In this document: piece after piece, positions 27,102-38,584 of the stretch
Layout of the letters: every line of letters begins with the position of its first letter
Position numbering within the stretch: the first letter of the stretch is position 1
From: Eledone cirrhosa
Lineage: Eukaryota
Length of the DNA: 64,000 bases
Direction: 5' to 3'
NCBI GenBank assembly: GCA_964016885.1
Contig: OZ024740.1
Location: forward strand, 433,256,001 to 433,320,000
The notes under the pieces: model-generated
What the model saw: only the letters and a program-made list of their open reading frames with translations
Told to the model about the DNA's origin: nothing
Database searches by the model: none
Position numbers and translations under genes: made by a program

Positions 27102-30100
27102 CTACAGGCTGATATAGAGAGAAGACCCATTCACTCTGGCCATTCTCCCTACTTTCACCCACCTTTCATAAAACTTGCTGGGGTAGAGCACCTCTCTCTC
27201 CATTCTGATCCTTCTTTTAAAATGGTATTTGAAAAAGGGGACCAGTTGTTGGCCGGAGGGAAAGGTGTCTGACCTCAGCCCTTTCAGCCTCGTCCACCAT
27301 ACAACTTCTTTAGCCATGGCTATCACACAGAAAAAAACCGCCTCTCCTTCGTTTTTGAAAGGGGGAGGCAGTTTGATCGTGACAATGGACTCGGTGGTCA
27401 ACCGGATTGGTCCCACCCTCGACAGTAGTCGTTCCACATAGCCCCACAGGTCAGCAATGCCTGGGCAGTGTACGAATGCGTGCACAACGGTTTGGTCATC
27501 ATGCACGCATCTCGGACAGATCTTATTCAAAGGATCTCTACCCAGGCTCCCATGCCTGTGGAGCTTGTCTCGAACGGGTAGAGCCCCTCGGTAGCACTGC
27601 CAAGCCAGGGACTTTTGGAAGTTGTCCATCGGTCCAGGGCCAAACATCCTACCGAAAAGACTAGCCAGTTCATCTTCCTCCATGCCTAGAGCTTCTCCGA
27701 GAGCATCGTCGCACCTGCTGCGTACCAACCCTCTATAGAATGTCGAGGTGGAGTCTCCACTGATTGCCGGGTCTGCTTTCCAGAGGGCCGTGAGTGCCTG
27801 GGCACATTCAATGTGCCAGTCGCCCACTTTTCTCGGTCTTTGCTTGACCCAGGATTGCAGCTCGGTGAGCGAGACGAGTCTGGGAAAGGCTCGCCTCACA
27901 AACGGGGCCCACACCGGTTGACCGGTGAGGAATACCTGGAAGTGCCGTAGCCTTAATGCGTGTTTATGCATCTGTAGCCACGGCATCCCCAGCCCTCCTT
28001 TCAAAGGGTGTTTACAGCAGATGGATCTCCTCACCAAAGGGGTCCGCTTGTTCCAAAGAAATTGGAACAGTGCGCACTCCATTTTGGCGAGTCTTTTCAC
28101 TGGGCAAGGCACGACGATCAAGCGGTAGTAGATGACGGATGCTATATAAGTATTCGCCACCTCCGCTCGACCTTTCAGGGATAGTTTGCACTGGGCCCAC
28201 TTCTGGGTGAGTGCAAACACCCTGGCCGTTACCTCGTTCCAGTTTTTCTCCACCTGGAGGTCTGGTCCGAACCAGACCTCAAGCAGCTTCACCAGGCCCT
28301 CCGTCCAGCGTCCGACGACGTCGTTGGAGGGCATCGGTTTGCCTCTCCATGTTCCGAGTTGCAGACCGACGGACTTGTCCCGGTTCAGCTTGGCTCCTGT
28401 AAACCTTTCATATTCCTCCAGTAAGGTGCCGATCTCACCGATTTGCGAGGTTTTTGACACCATTACTGTCACGTCATCGGCATAGGCCGACGCCGCTTTC
28501 TGCAATCCCGGTTCCAAAGGGATGCCCTGCAACCGCTCCAACTCCCGCAGTAGTGGCTCAAGAGTCAGCACATACAGAAGGGAGGAGAGAGGGCATCCCT
28601 GTCGGATGGATCGCATGATTTGGAACGGCTCCGAGAGGTGGCCTTTCACCTTGACTCTTGAGCAGACGTTGCTGCTGTGCATCGCAGCAATCCAACCCCT
28701 GAAAACGGGTCCGAAGCCTGCCGCCACGAGCACCGCATCCAGGTAACGATGGTCAACCCTATCGAAAGCTTTAGATTGATCCAAGTTGATCAGGGCCCCA
28801 CCAAAGCCGGGTTCATTCCCTACCCTCTCTATGATGTATCGCATAAAGTGGAGATTGTCGTGAATGGACCTGGACGGGATTGCGCATGTCTGCGCTTCTC
28901 CCACCAGGTTTCCGACGACAAGCGCCAACCTCTTCGCTAACACCTTGGCCAAAATCTTTAACTCTGTATTTAGCAGAGTTATGGGCCTGAAGTTACTTAT
29001 GTCATCCCCCTTGTTCTCATCCTTCCTCACCAGCGTAACTACGCCCTTGGTCACAGAACTGGGAATTCTCCCGTTCTGCTGCCAGTTGCAGTAGACCGCT
29101 TCGAGGATATCAGAGAACAAGTCCGGCATCGCTACATATAGCTCGTATGGTAGACCATCGAGACCCGGGGATTTGCGTTTGCCGCATTAGCTCAGCGCCG
29201 CCCCTATCTCAGCAGCTGAAATCGTCCTTTCGCAGGACTTCGCCTCCGCGTCCGAGAGGCGCGGCAGACCGTCGAGGTATGGATTGAAATCCATAGTCTC
29301 ACCCGGCGCGCCGCCCCTCTCGAACAGTCGTGCAAAGTGCCGCTGAAAGGTCGCACACATCTGCCCAGGTTCAAGGATCACACGCCCATCCTGGTCCTTC
29401 AAAGACCGAATCGTGGACTTATTCCCACTTTTTGCCTCTGTCACTCGAGCCCAGCTCACAGCTTTGGCTCCCTCATTACCCAGAGCACGTATTTTACTCC
29501 TGACAACGCAGCCTTCATGCTTCACCTCAAAGAACTGGTCTAAGGCCATTCTTGATGCCAGCACGCCGGCTACATTGCCACACCTAATCGCCTCTTCTAC
29601 TCTATCTACTAATTCCCTTTCCGCCTTGTTCCTATCCCTTGCTAATTCCTGACTAAAACCTATCGATTCTATTCTAATTGCTCTCTTAAGAGAGCTCCAC
29701 CACCTGTTGTTGACAATTGCCCCTGTCAAACTCTGCTTAACTAACGTGCTAATCCGTTTACTGTAAGCTTTGCTTGTCGGTAAGGACAAGTTCAGCTTCC
29801 AGTAACCGGGTCCCTGTCTATGGGTTCTATCAAGGTTGGCTATGCAGGTCACTAACTTGTGATCCGAATAGTCAACCATGAACATTTTTGGACAGCTAAA
29901 TGTGTCCCTATCCTTCTCTCTAACTAGGACCCTATCTAGGTACGACCTAGATGTTCCGCTGCGATTGGTCCACGTCCATAGTGGTACAGTCAGAAAATCT
30001 AGTCGATATCTATCGGCCAGGTCAAATCGGCCGATTAACCTTTTGAGGCTTTTACACCCCCCTCTATTGGCACATGCCCCTACATAGTCCCAACGTGCAT

Positions 30101-30539
30101 CCAGGATACCATTCCAGTCCCCCACTAAAAGCAAGGAGCGGGACGTTCCCAGAAAAGTTTCCAGACGTTGGAAGTATTCCGGCCGCGCTGCCCAAAAAGG
30201 GGCGTACACAGCAATTAGTCTAAGGGCTCCACTTTCACTACTGCCGACGTCTAAAACCACCAGTCGACCCTCCGGGTCCAGGTGCACCTTCTGTATGGCG
30301 AGGCCCAGGTGTTTTCGCAGCAGAACGACAACTCCACCCCCACCCCCCGGTTGACAGAGAGATGCGAAGATCTCAAAGTCGTCGAAGAGGGGCGCCAGTT
30401 GGTGCTCGCTGCTGATCCTGGACTCGCAAATAGCCATTACATCCATTCTATGTGACCTGAGATCGTTTAAAAGTTTGCCTTGTTTCCAAGACAGTCCCAG
30501 GCCGCGTACATTCAGATACCCAACTCTTATATCAGCCAT
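27102..30539 (-). pseudogene. Tx1 ORF2: APE endonuclease, RT and C-terminal CCHC, with one in-frame stop at 29187-29189
   Basis: YLNVRGL, GDWN, SDH; FRPITLLN, LDQSKAFD, RQGCPLS, AYADD; CPRC..H....C. The two listed ORFs are in the same frame. Confidence 0.9.
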
Positions 30540-32200
30540 GTTGGTTAAAAGAGGAAGGACCTACCTGTTCGGCTCCTGAGGAGTAGGTTGCACAATATCC
30601 ATGGGCGTATTGGAGGGGTTGTTTGGTGGGGTGTTGTTCTGTGGTGGGGTGGGGGAACGTTTCAAGAGGACGCGGTTATAGGGTCGAGTACATGTTTTCC
30701 CCACGTCCTCAGGAAAGTTCTCTCTTAGTTTTGCATAGTAGTTCTTTGTTATTTGTGTTAATGTATGTATACTGTTTTATTTGTGTTGTGTTTTATTTGT
30801 GTTGTGTTGTGTTTGTTTGTTGTTCTTGTGTGTGCTTGCGTTTTGTTGTATGTGTTATGTTTTGGGGTGGGGCGGATTTTGTTTGTTCTGTTTGTTTTGT
30901 TTTTGTTGGTGGTTGTGTGTTTGTTTCGTTTATGTTCGAGTGGTGCTTTCTTTTTTTCCTTTTTACAGGTTGGAAGGGTCCCCCCTCTTCGTCACTAGGT
31001 GCCGTTTCAGCTGGGTCCTCGTCCGTGCTGTCGGGTAGTGGTGTATTTTGGGGTTTTGTTGTGTTTGTGTGTGTTTTTGGAGTTGTTTTGGGTGGGGCCC
31101 GTGTCTTGTGTTAATTTTCCGTGTTGTTTTTGTTGTTGTTGTGGTGGTGGTAGTGGTGGTGGCGGTGGTAGTGGTGGTGGCGGTGGTAGTGTGTGGGGTG
31201 TAGGCAAAAGAGCCTTTTTTTTGTCAATTGAGGACAGGCAGCCCTTAGGTGACCCCTGCTTGAACAGTAGTAACATATGGGCTTCCTACCCTCGGCTGAA
31301 ATGTATATAAATGTTTCTCCATCAAGGGACACCCTCTGTGGTATTCTAGCTATTCGTTCTGGTCTCATTTGGACCAGAACCTCCACGCTCAAACCGCCGA
31401 AAACGTCTGTGGTGACTTCTCCTACTAAGAGGATTCCGTCCTCGTCTTCTAAAAATCCTGTTAGTACCCAGGAAATGCATGCATTTGGCCGGATTCCGGA
31501 GACTCTTATTTTCTGCGTTCTTTTCCCCAAATATGTGGGGAAAAATGTGTGTAGCTTGGAAACAATTGGCGCTACAGAGTATTTCCTGGCCGTCAATAAG
31601 ATCCGTCATTAGCACCGTTATATTCCCATAGAGTGGCCCTTTTTGTATGAACGATATATCACTCCACACATTTTTTAGGACCAGCTCAATTTCTTTTTGG
31701 GATAATTGAGCTGGTTTCCTTGTTATGTTGGAAATCGTTCTGAAAGATATCGTTCTTAGTGTTGTGTCTCTTTTGATTTCTTGTGGAGAGGTGATTGTGA
31801 AGTCTCCTCCTTCTTTGAAAGTTACATACTGTTTTGCTTCCTTCATCTTTTCTCTCAGAGTTGTAATGTCCAGTTGCTTGCAGGTCTGTGTTTTTCGGAC
31901 TGCCTGTGCAAAGGAGGCACCAGTAGTGGGTTCACTTTGTTTGGTGTTATCGTTATTTTTTCCTTGGTTGGTGTTGTGACTATTGCTGTTATTGTCATTG
32001 TTGTTTTTGTCTGCGTTTATGTGACTTTCTGGGTTTTCACCCATTTTTACAAATGTTTCTTTTAATTCCGTGTTCCATGTTTCTTTTGCAGAAGTGAGGA
32101 GGGAAGACTTAGAGCCTTGTGCTTCTAGCTTCTCTGTATCACCTTTCTTAGGCGGCGTGGCTTTCTCGTTAGGATGAGATGTGAAAATTCCGTCCATTTC
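30540..32200 (-). pseudogene. Tx1 ORF1 (gag-like, zinc knuckle), frameshifted
   Basis: CYYCSSRGHLRAAC (CX2CX4HX4C) in ORF 31111-31596. Split over at least 3 frames. Confidence 0.8.
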
Positions 32201-32407
32201 TATCAGTTTGCCGTAATCAATTTTTAACTGGAAAATTCGCCCCAAAAAGGGGCGAAAATAAATAAACTCAAAGTTTGATGACCAAGGCAAGGGGTTAACG
32301 TATATTACAGTATAAAAAAATTAATCAAAACTCACTTTTGAGTAAGTAAATCCAACTCGGTAGCCGAGCTTGTTCACACACGTCAACACACGTCTCTCGT
32401 ATACGAG

Positions 32408-33342
32408 ATGTTATGTGAGATATTATGTGAGGTAAAGCCTTTACTGTGAAAATACAATAGTATATATAGAGTAAAGTAAATGTTATGTGAGATATTATGT
32501 GAGGTAAAGCCTTTACTGTGAAAATACAATAGTATATATAGAGTAAAGTAAATGTTATGCGAGATATTATGCGAGGTAAAGCCTTTACTGTGAAAATACA
32601 ATAGTATATATAGAGTAATGTAACTGTTATGTGATATATTATGTAAGGTAAAGCCTTTACTGTGAAAATACAATAGTATATATAGAGTAATGTAACTGTT
32701 ATGTGAGATATTATGTAAGGTAAAGCCTTTACTGTGAAAAATACAATAGCATATATAGAGTAATGTAAACGTTATGTGAGATATTATGTGAGGTAAAGCC
32801 TTTACTGTGAAAATACAATAGTAAATATAGAGTAATGTAAATGTTATGTGAGGTATTATGTGAGGTAAAGCCTTTACTGTGAAAATACAATATTATATAT
32901 AGAGTAATGTAAATGTTATGTGAGATATTATGTGAGGTAAAGCCTTTACTGTGAAAATACAATAGTAAATATAGAGTAATGTAAATGTTATGCGAGATAT
33001 TATGTGAGGTAAAGCCTTTACTGTGAAAATACAATACTATATATAGAGTAATGTAAATGTTATGTGAGATATTATGTGAGGTAAAGCCTTTACTGTAAAA
33101 ATACAATAGTAAATATAGAGTAATGTAAATGTTATGTGAGATATTATGAGAGGTAAAGCCTTTACTGTGAAAATACAATAGTATATATAGAGTAATGTAA
33201 ATGTTATGTGAGATATTATGAGAGGTAAAGCCTTTACTGTGAAAATACAATAGTATATATAGAGTAATGTAAATGTTATGTGAGATATTATGAGAGGTAA
33301 AGCCTTTACTGTGAAAATACAATAGTATATATAGAGTAATGT
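32408..33342. repeat. 72-bp tandem array, right part (~13 copies)
   Basis: Same unit as 26375-26864. Confidence 0.95.
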
Positions 33343-33997
33343 AATACTAAAGGTTAAAGTGACTATTTTATTTGCCAAAAAGCAACTACAGGAATTTTTT
33401 TTTTTTTTTTTTATGGTTGGGTACCTGGACAGGTGTACGTAAGCTATGGGTTGGAGATATCGGATATTAGTTCATATATAGTAGCCAGCAATAACTCAAT
33501 TTATGATTTTAAAGTGTTCTTGGGTGTATATGTATGTGTGTGTATGTGTGAATCTGTATAAGTGTATGTATGTGTATGTGTGTGTGCATGTGTATGTGCG
33601 TGTGTGAGTATGTGTGTGCATGAGTATGTGTATGTGTGTGTATGTGTGTATATATGAGTATGTGTTTGTGTGTGTATGTATGAGTATGTATGTATATGTG
33701 TATATGAATATGTGTATATGAATATGTGTGTATGTGTATGTGTGTATGAGTATGTGATATGTATATGTGTGTATGTGTATAAGTATATGTATGTATGTAT
33801 CATCATCATCATCATTGTTTAACGTCCATCTTCCACACTAGCATGGGTTGGATGGTTTTGTTCCAATTGTGTATATGTATATATATATATATATGTATAC
33901 ATATATATGTGTGTATATGCATGTGTATGTATGTGTTTGTATAAGTATATGTATGTGTGTGTATGTATATGTGAATATGTATGTATCATCATCATCA

Positions 33998-34324
33998 TCA
34001 TTTTACGTCCGCTTTTCCCTGCTTGCAAGGGTGGGACGGGAACTGATTCTGGCTTGATTTCTAAAGATGGATGCCCTTCCTAACACCAACCTCATTTACA
34101 GTGAGTGCTGGGTGCTTTTTTGCCATGGCACCTCCACGACCACTTTGCAGTGGAATGATAGGGACCCCAGTCCCTATCATCTCATTTCTACAGCTGAGTA
34201 AACTGGAGCCATGTGAAATAAAGTGTCTTGCTCAAGGAAACAACACATCACCCGGTCTGAGAATTGAACTCACGACCTTTCGATTGCAAGGCCAATGCTC
34301 TAACCACTAAGCCATGTGCCTCCA
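33998..34324 (-). mobile_element. SINE family 1, full length
   Basis: tRNA A/B boxes plus an RTE tail ending (GAT)n. Confidence 0.85.
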
Positions 34325-34544
34325 TTACATTGTATGAATGTATATATGTATGTGTATATGAATGTATATATGTATGTGTATATGAATGTGTGTATGTATG
34401 TGTATATGAATGTGTGTATGTGTATATATGTTTGTTAATATAAATAGCACAAAACAATTGTTCTTATTTTTACTATTTTTCATTCCTTTTCAAAATGTTA
34501 TGGAATAGTTTTAGCCAATTATATTGTAGTAGCATGTATGTAGA

Positions 34545-34815
34545 GTTCCACAGAGGCAGGGGTTGTTCAAGTATCTCGGCGCCGTCTTCACGAGTGATGG
34601 AAGGCAGGAGGCTGAATGCAGTAATGTGCCAGCTTCAGCATTCAGTAATCAAAAGAAGGGAGGTAGGTGTAAAAACCAAACTTGCTCTTTTCAATTCAGT
34701 ATTTGTGCCAACCCTTACCTCTGGTCAAGTATCTTGAATAATGGCCGAAAGAATACAATTGTGAATACAAGCGGCCGAAATGGGATTCCCCTGAAGAGTC
34801 TTTAGAGTAACTTAT
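34545..34815 (+). mobile_element. Rex3/Expander-like RTE remnant
   Basis: FKYLGAVFTSDGR and KTKLALFNSVFVPTLT, frameshifted. Confidence 0.7.
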
Positions 34816-36479
34816 CTTGTTGGATCCCCGAGACCAACCAAGCTCATCGATGTTATCCAACCATCTTGCTCAGGGTCTACCCCTGGGTCTCCTGCCAGTT
34901 GGTTTTGCTCCTAAAATCTGATCAGTGATTCTTTCCTGAAACATTCTGACCACATGCCTATTGTATTGGAACTGTGATCTCTCAATTCGGAGAAATAGTG
35001 GCTCTACCTGGAGTGACTCCCTCATCTCCAAGCTATGCACTCTATCATACTACACCAATTTTTAAAATACTTTATGAAGCTATATCTTCAAATATTTTAT
35101 ATATGAATCTTTAAAATCTAAACTATAACAAAGAAAGGAGTGTGGGACTGCGTCCAGAATATTTTATTTTTATCCCGTTTGTAAAATAAGTTGGATTACT
35201 TTGAATAAATAATGAATGAATATTACATAATTTATCTACTAAATTTCGTTATTCTTGATTAAATATAAATAATTTTGTTGCTTATTTTAAGATTCACTTC
35301 TTTAAAATTTTCAAATGTCAACACTTCCGGTTAGCGATCGCTTAAATAAACATTCATATATTTCTGTCGCTAATTTTCTCCTAATGCAGTTTATATATAA
35401 TATCGTCTTTTTTTAATGTATCATGGATTACGTTACTGATTACATAAGACAGTGTAACACAGTCTTCCTTCAATTTCTGTGTATATTGTCAATTACGATT
35501 TATTTGATGTATCATATCTACATGTATATATACCTGCGTATAATATCAATATACACACTACACATGATAGCAGAAAACCACCCGAAGCGTGGTTTTTCTG
35601 CTAGTTTATTAAAATGCTACAATGGTGACTTTACACACTATTCTCTAGATTAAAATGCTGAAGAAATTGGAAAACTAAATTTTCATGGTTGAATGTGATG
35701 TAACAATTCTTTTTATTAATTAGAAATCTGAGGTGAGAATTACACAAAAACTGGATCAATATTGGCCATTTACACATGCTTCTCGTAAAACAACAATCTT
35801 TCCAGTAATGACTGCTTTGGGGTACAACGGAGAGAGTGGAAAAAATGTTGCAACATTGAAAGTTTCATTGATGTTAATTAGTGACTACAAATAAATATGT
35901 TAATTGGTATGACTAATATTACAAGAAGGGATAGAAACATTTGAAGCATGTGATCCATAATCAGACTTCCAACCACAATACATTGTTTTGGGAAGAGAGG
36001 CTGACCTAACACCTTACTCACCCACATGATAATGGTGATGATGGTGATGGTGATGATGGTGGTGGTGATGGTGACGATGATGGTGATGAGTTATTATTAC
36101 TTTTACTCCAGCAGAGCTGAGATCAATCAATATATTCTCTTTATATGCAGTTCAATTCTTTTTAATACTGATAGCTTTTTTTCCTATTCTGTTTTCCTTT
36201 TTTTTTATATCCTAGTATGAGGGAGGGAGGGGGGGGGGTATATTATTTTAAGTGGATATCCTGCTAACAACCCCTCATGAAGTAGGAGTGAGACCAGTTT
36301 CTGTCAGGCAAATGGATATAAGCATAGATGTATACCTTCCTGAAGAGCATAGAAATAAGACAAATGGCTGTTGTAGAGTATCTACTGAATGGTCACTGGA
36401 GTGTAGCACGTTCATCTCAAAGCTGGTCAAGTTGTTTGACCACAACAAACATCATAAGCATTATTGTTCCCTACTTCTA

Positions 36480-38030
36480 CATATTCCATATAAAGCAACC
36501 TAACAACAATTTCATACATATTCCATATAAAGCAACCTAACAACAATTTCATACATATTCCATATAAAGCAATCTAACAACAATTTCATACATATTCCAT
36601 ATAAAGCAACCTAACAACAATTTCATACATATTCCATATAAAGCAACCTAACAACAATTTCATACATATTCCATATAAAGCAACCTAACAACAATTTCAT
36701 ACATATTCCATATAAAGCAACCTAACAACAATTTCATACATATTCCATATAAAGCAACCTAACAACAATTTCATACATATTCCATATAAAGCAACCTAAC
36801 AACAATTTCATACATATTCCATATAAAGCAACCTAACAACAATTTCATACATATTCCATATAAAGCAACCTAACAACAATTTCATACATATTCCATATAA
36901 AGCAATCTAACAACAATTTCATACATATTCCATATAAAGCAACCTAACAACAATTTCATACATATTCCATATAAAGCAACCTAACAACAATTTCATACAT
37001 ATTCCATATAAAGCAACCTAACAACAATTTCATACATATTCCATATAAAGCAACCTAACAACAATTTCATACATATTCCATATAAAGCAACCTAACAACA
37101 ATTTCATACATATTCCATATAAAGCAACCTAACAACAATTTCATACATATTCCATATAAAGCAACCTAACAACAATTTCATACATATTCCATATAAAGCA
37201 ATCTAACAACAATTTCATACATATTCCATATAAAGCAACCTAACAACAATTTCATACATATTCCATATAAAGCAACCTAACAACAATTTCATACATATTC
37301 CATATAAAGCAACCTAACAACAATTTCATACATATTCCATATAAAGCAACCTAACAACAATTTCATACATATTCCATATAAAGCAACCTAACAACAATTT
37401 CATACATATTCCATATAAAGCAATCTAACAACAATTTCATACATATTCCATATAAAGCAACCTAACAACAATTTCATACATATTCCATATAAAGCAACCT
37501 AACAACAATTTCATACATATTCCATATAAAGCAACCTAACAACAATTTCATACATATTCCATATAAAGCAACCTAACAACAATTTCATACATATTCCATA
37601 TAAAGCAACCTAACAAAAATTTCATACATATTCCATATAAAGCAACCTAACAACAATTTCATACATATTCCATATAAAGCAACCTAACAACAATTTCATA
37701 CATATTCCATATAAAGCAACCTAACAACAATTTCATACATATTCCATATAAAGCAACCTAACAACAATTTCATACATATTCCATATAAAGCAACCTAACA
37801 ACAATTTCATACATATTCCACATAAAGCAACCTAACAACAATTTCATACATATTCCACATAAAGCAACCTAACAACAATTTCATACATATTCCATATAAA
37901 GCAATCTAACAACAATTTCATACATATTCCATATAAAGCAACCTAACAACAATTTCATACATATTCCATATAAAGCAATCTAACAACAATTTCATACATA
38001 TTCCATATAAAGCAACCTAACAACAATTTC
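36480..38030. repeat. 37-bp minisatellite (~42 very homogeneous copies)
   Basis: Unit CATATTCCATATAAAGCAACCTAACAACAATTTCATA. Confidence 0.95.
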
Positions 38031-38324
38031 ACAATACATAACTGACCAATCTAGCTTCACATGAAAGAATGGCTTGAAACATTGAATACAAATAAAGAAA
38101 TAATCAGTAAATAGTGATAATTCTGTTGTTGCTTATTGGAACTGTCTCATAAAACATTGATCATATGTATTCAGTATGCCTAACATTCCAATCATTATTA
38201 TTTTTATTATTATAGCTGATAATAATCAGATGAGGAGGATAAACTTGTAGAAATATAAACAAAAAAAATAAAAGAAAAAAACAAAACACTAGAAAAAGGA
38301 AAAAAAAACTCAATGGAAACTCAC

Positions 38325-38468
38325 GCCATCCATATACTGTACACCAGAGATTTATCGACATGTGGAAAAGCATATTTCAATGTTTGTAGGCCATTGGGAG
38401 GTGGTATTATCTTACGATATCCTCGTAGCACCAGTTCACTAGCAGCATCTCCCATGTTGTATTTCTTA
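38325..38468 (-). CDS. Internal exon of the host CUE/UBA-like repeat protein
   Basis: Acceptor ctctattttcag, donor gtgagt, 144 nt, phase 2 to 2. Encodes KKYNMGDAASELVLRGYRKIIPPPNGLQTLKYAFPHVDKSLVYSIWM(A) and joins exon 2836-2484 in frame. Confidence 0.82.
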
Positions 38469-38584
38469 CTGAAAATAGAGAATTGGTCAGATTCTAGAAA
38501 ACTGGAATTTAACAAACGATGCAAAGATAAGTTTAGTTATAACTGAATAAAGATGAAGCTTGTTAATCATATTTAATAACTGTT

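Larger units (their letters stand above)
26865..32407 (-). mobile_element. Full-length L1/Tx1-clade non-LTR retrotransposon (~5.5 kb)
   Basis: Has ORF1 and ORF2, AATAAA at the 3' end, and GC content clearly higher than the flanks. Interrupts a 72-bp unit. Confidence 0.92.
26139..33353. mobile_element. TTAA-flanked piggyBac-like non-autonomous element containing the 72-bp array and the Tx1
   Basis: Left end TTAA-CCCTTTAGCATT, right end AATACTAAAGG-TTAA. The inverted termini differ by 1 indel and 1 mismatch. Confidence 0.55.

Noticed and set aside
26862-33377. TTTATTTGCCA at the Tx1 3' end and again at ~33367 as a TSD
   Set aside because: The second copy is ~960 bp beyond the Tx1 5' junction, so it is probably a chance AT-rich match.
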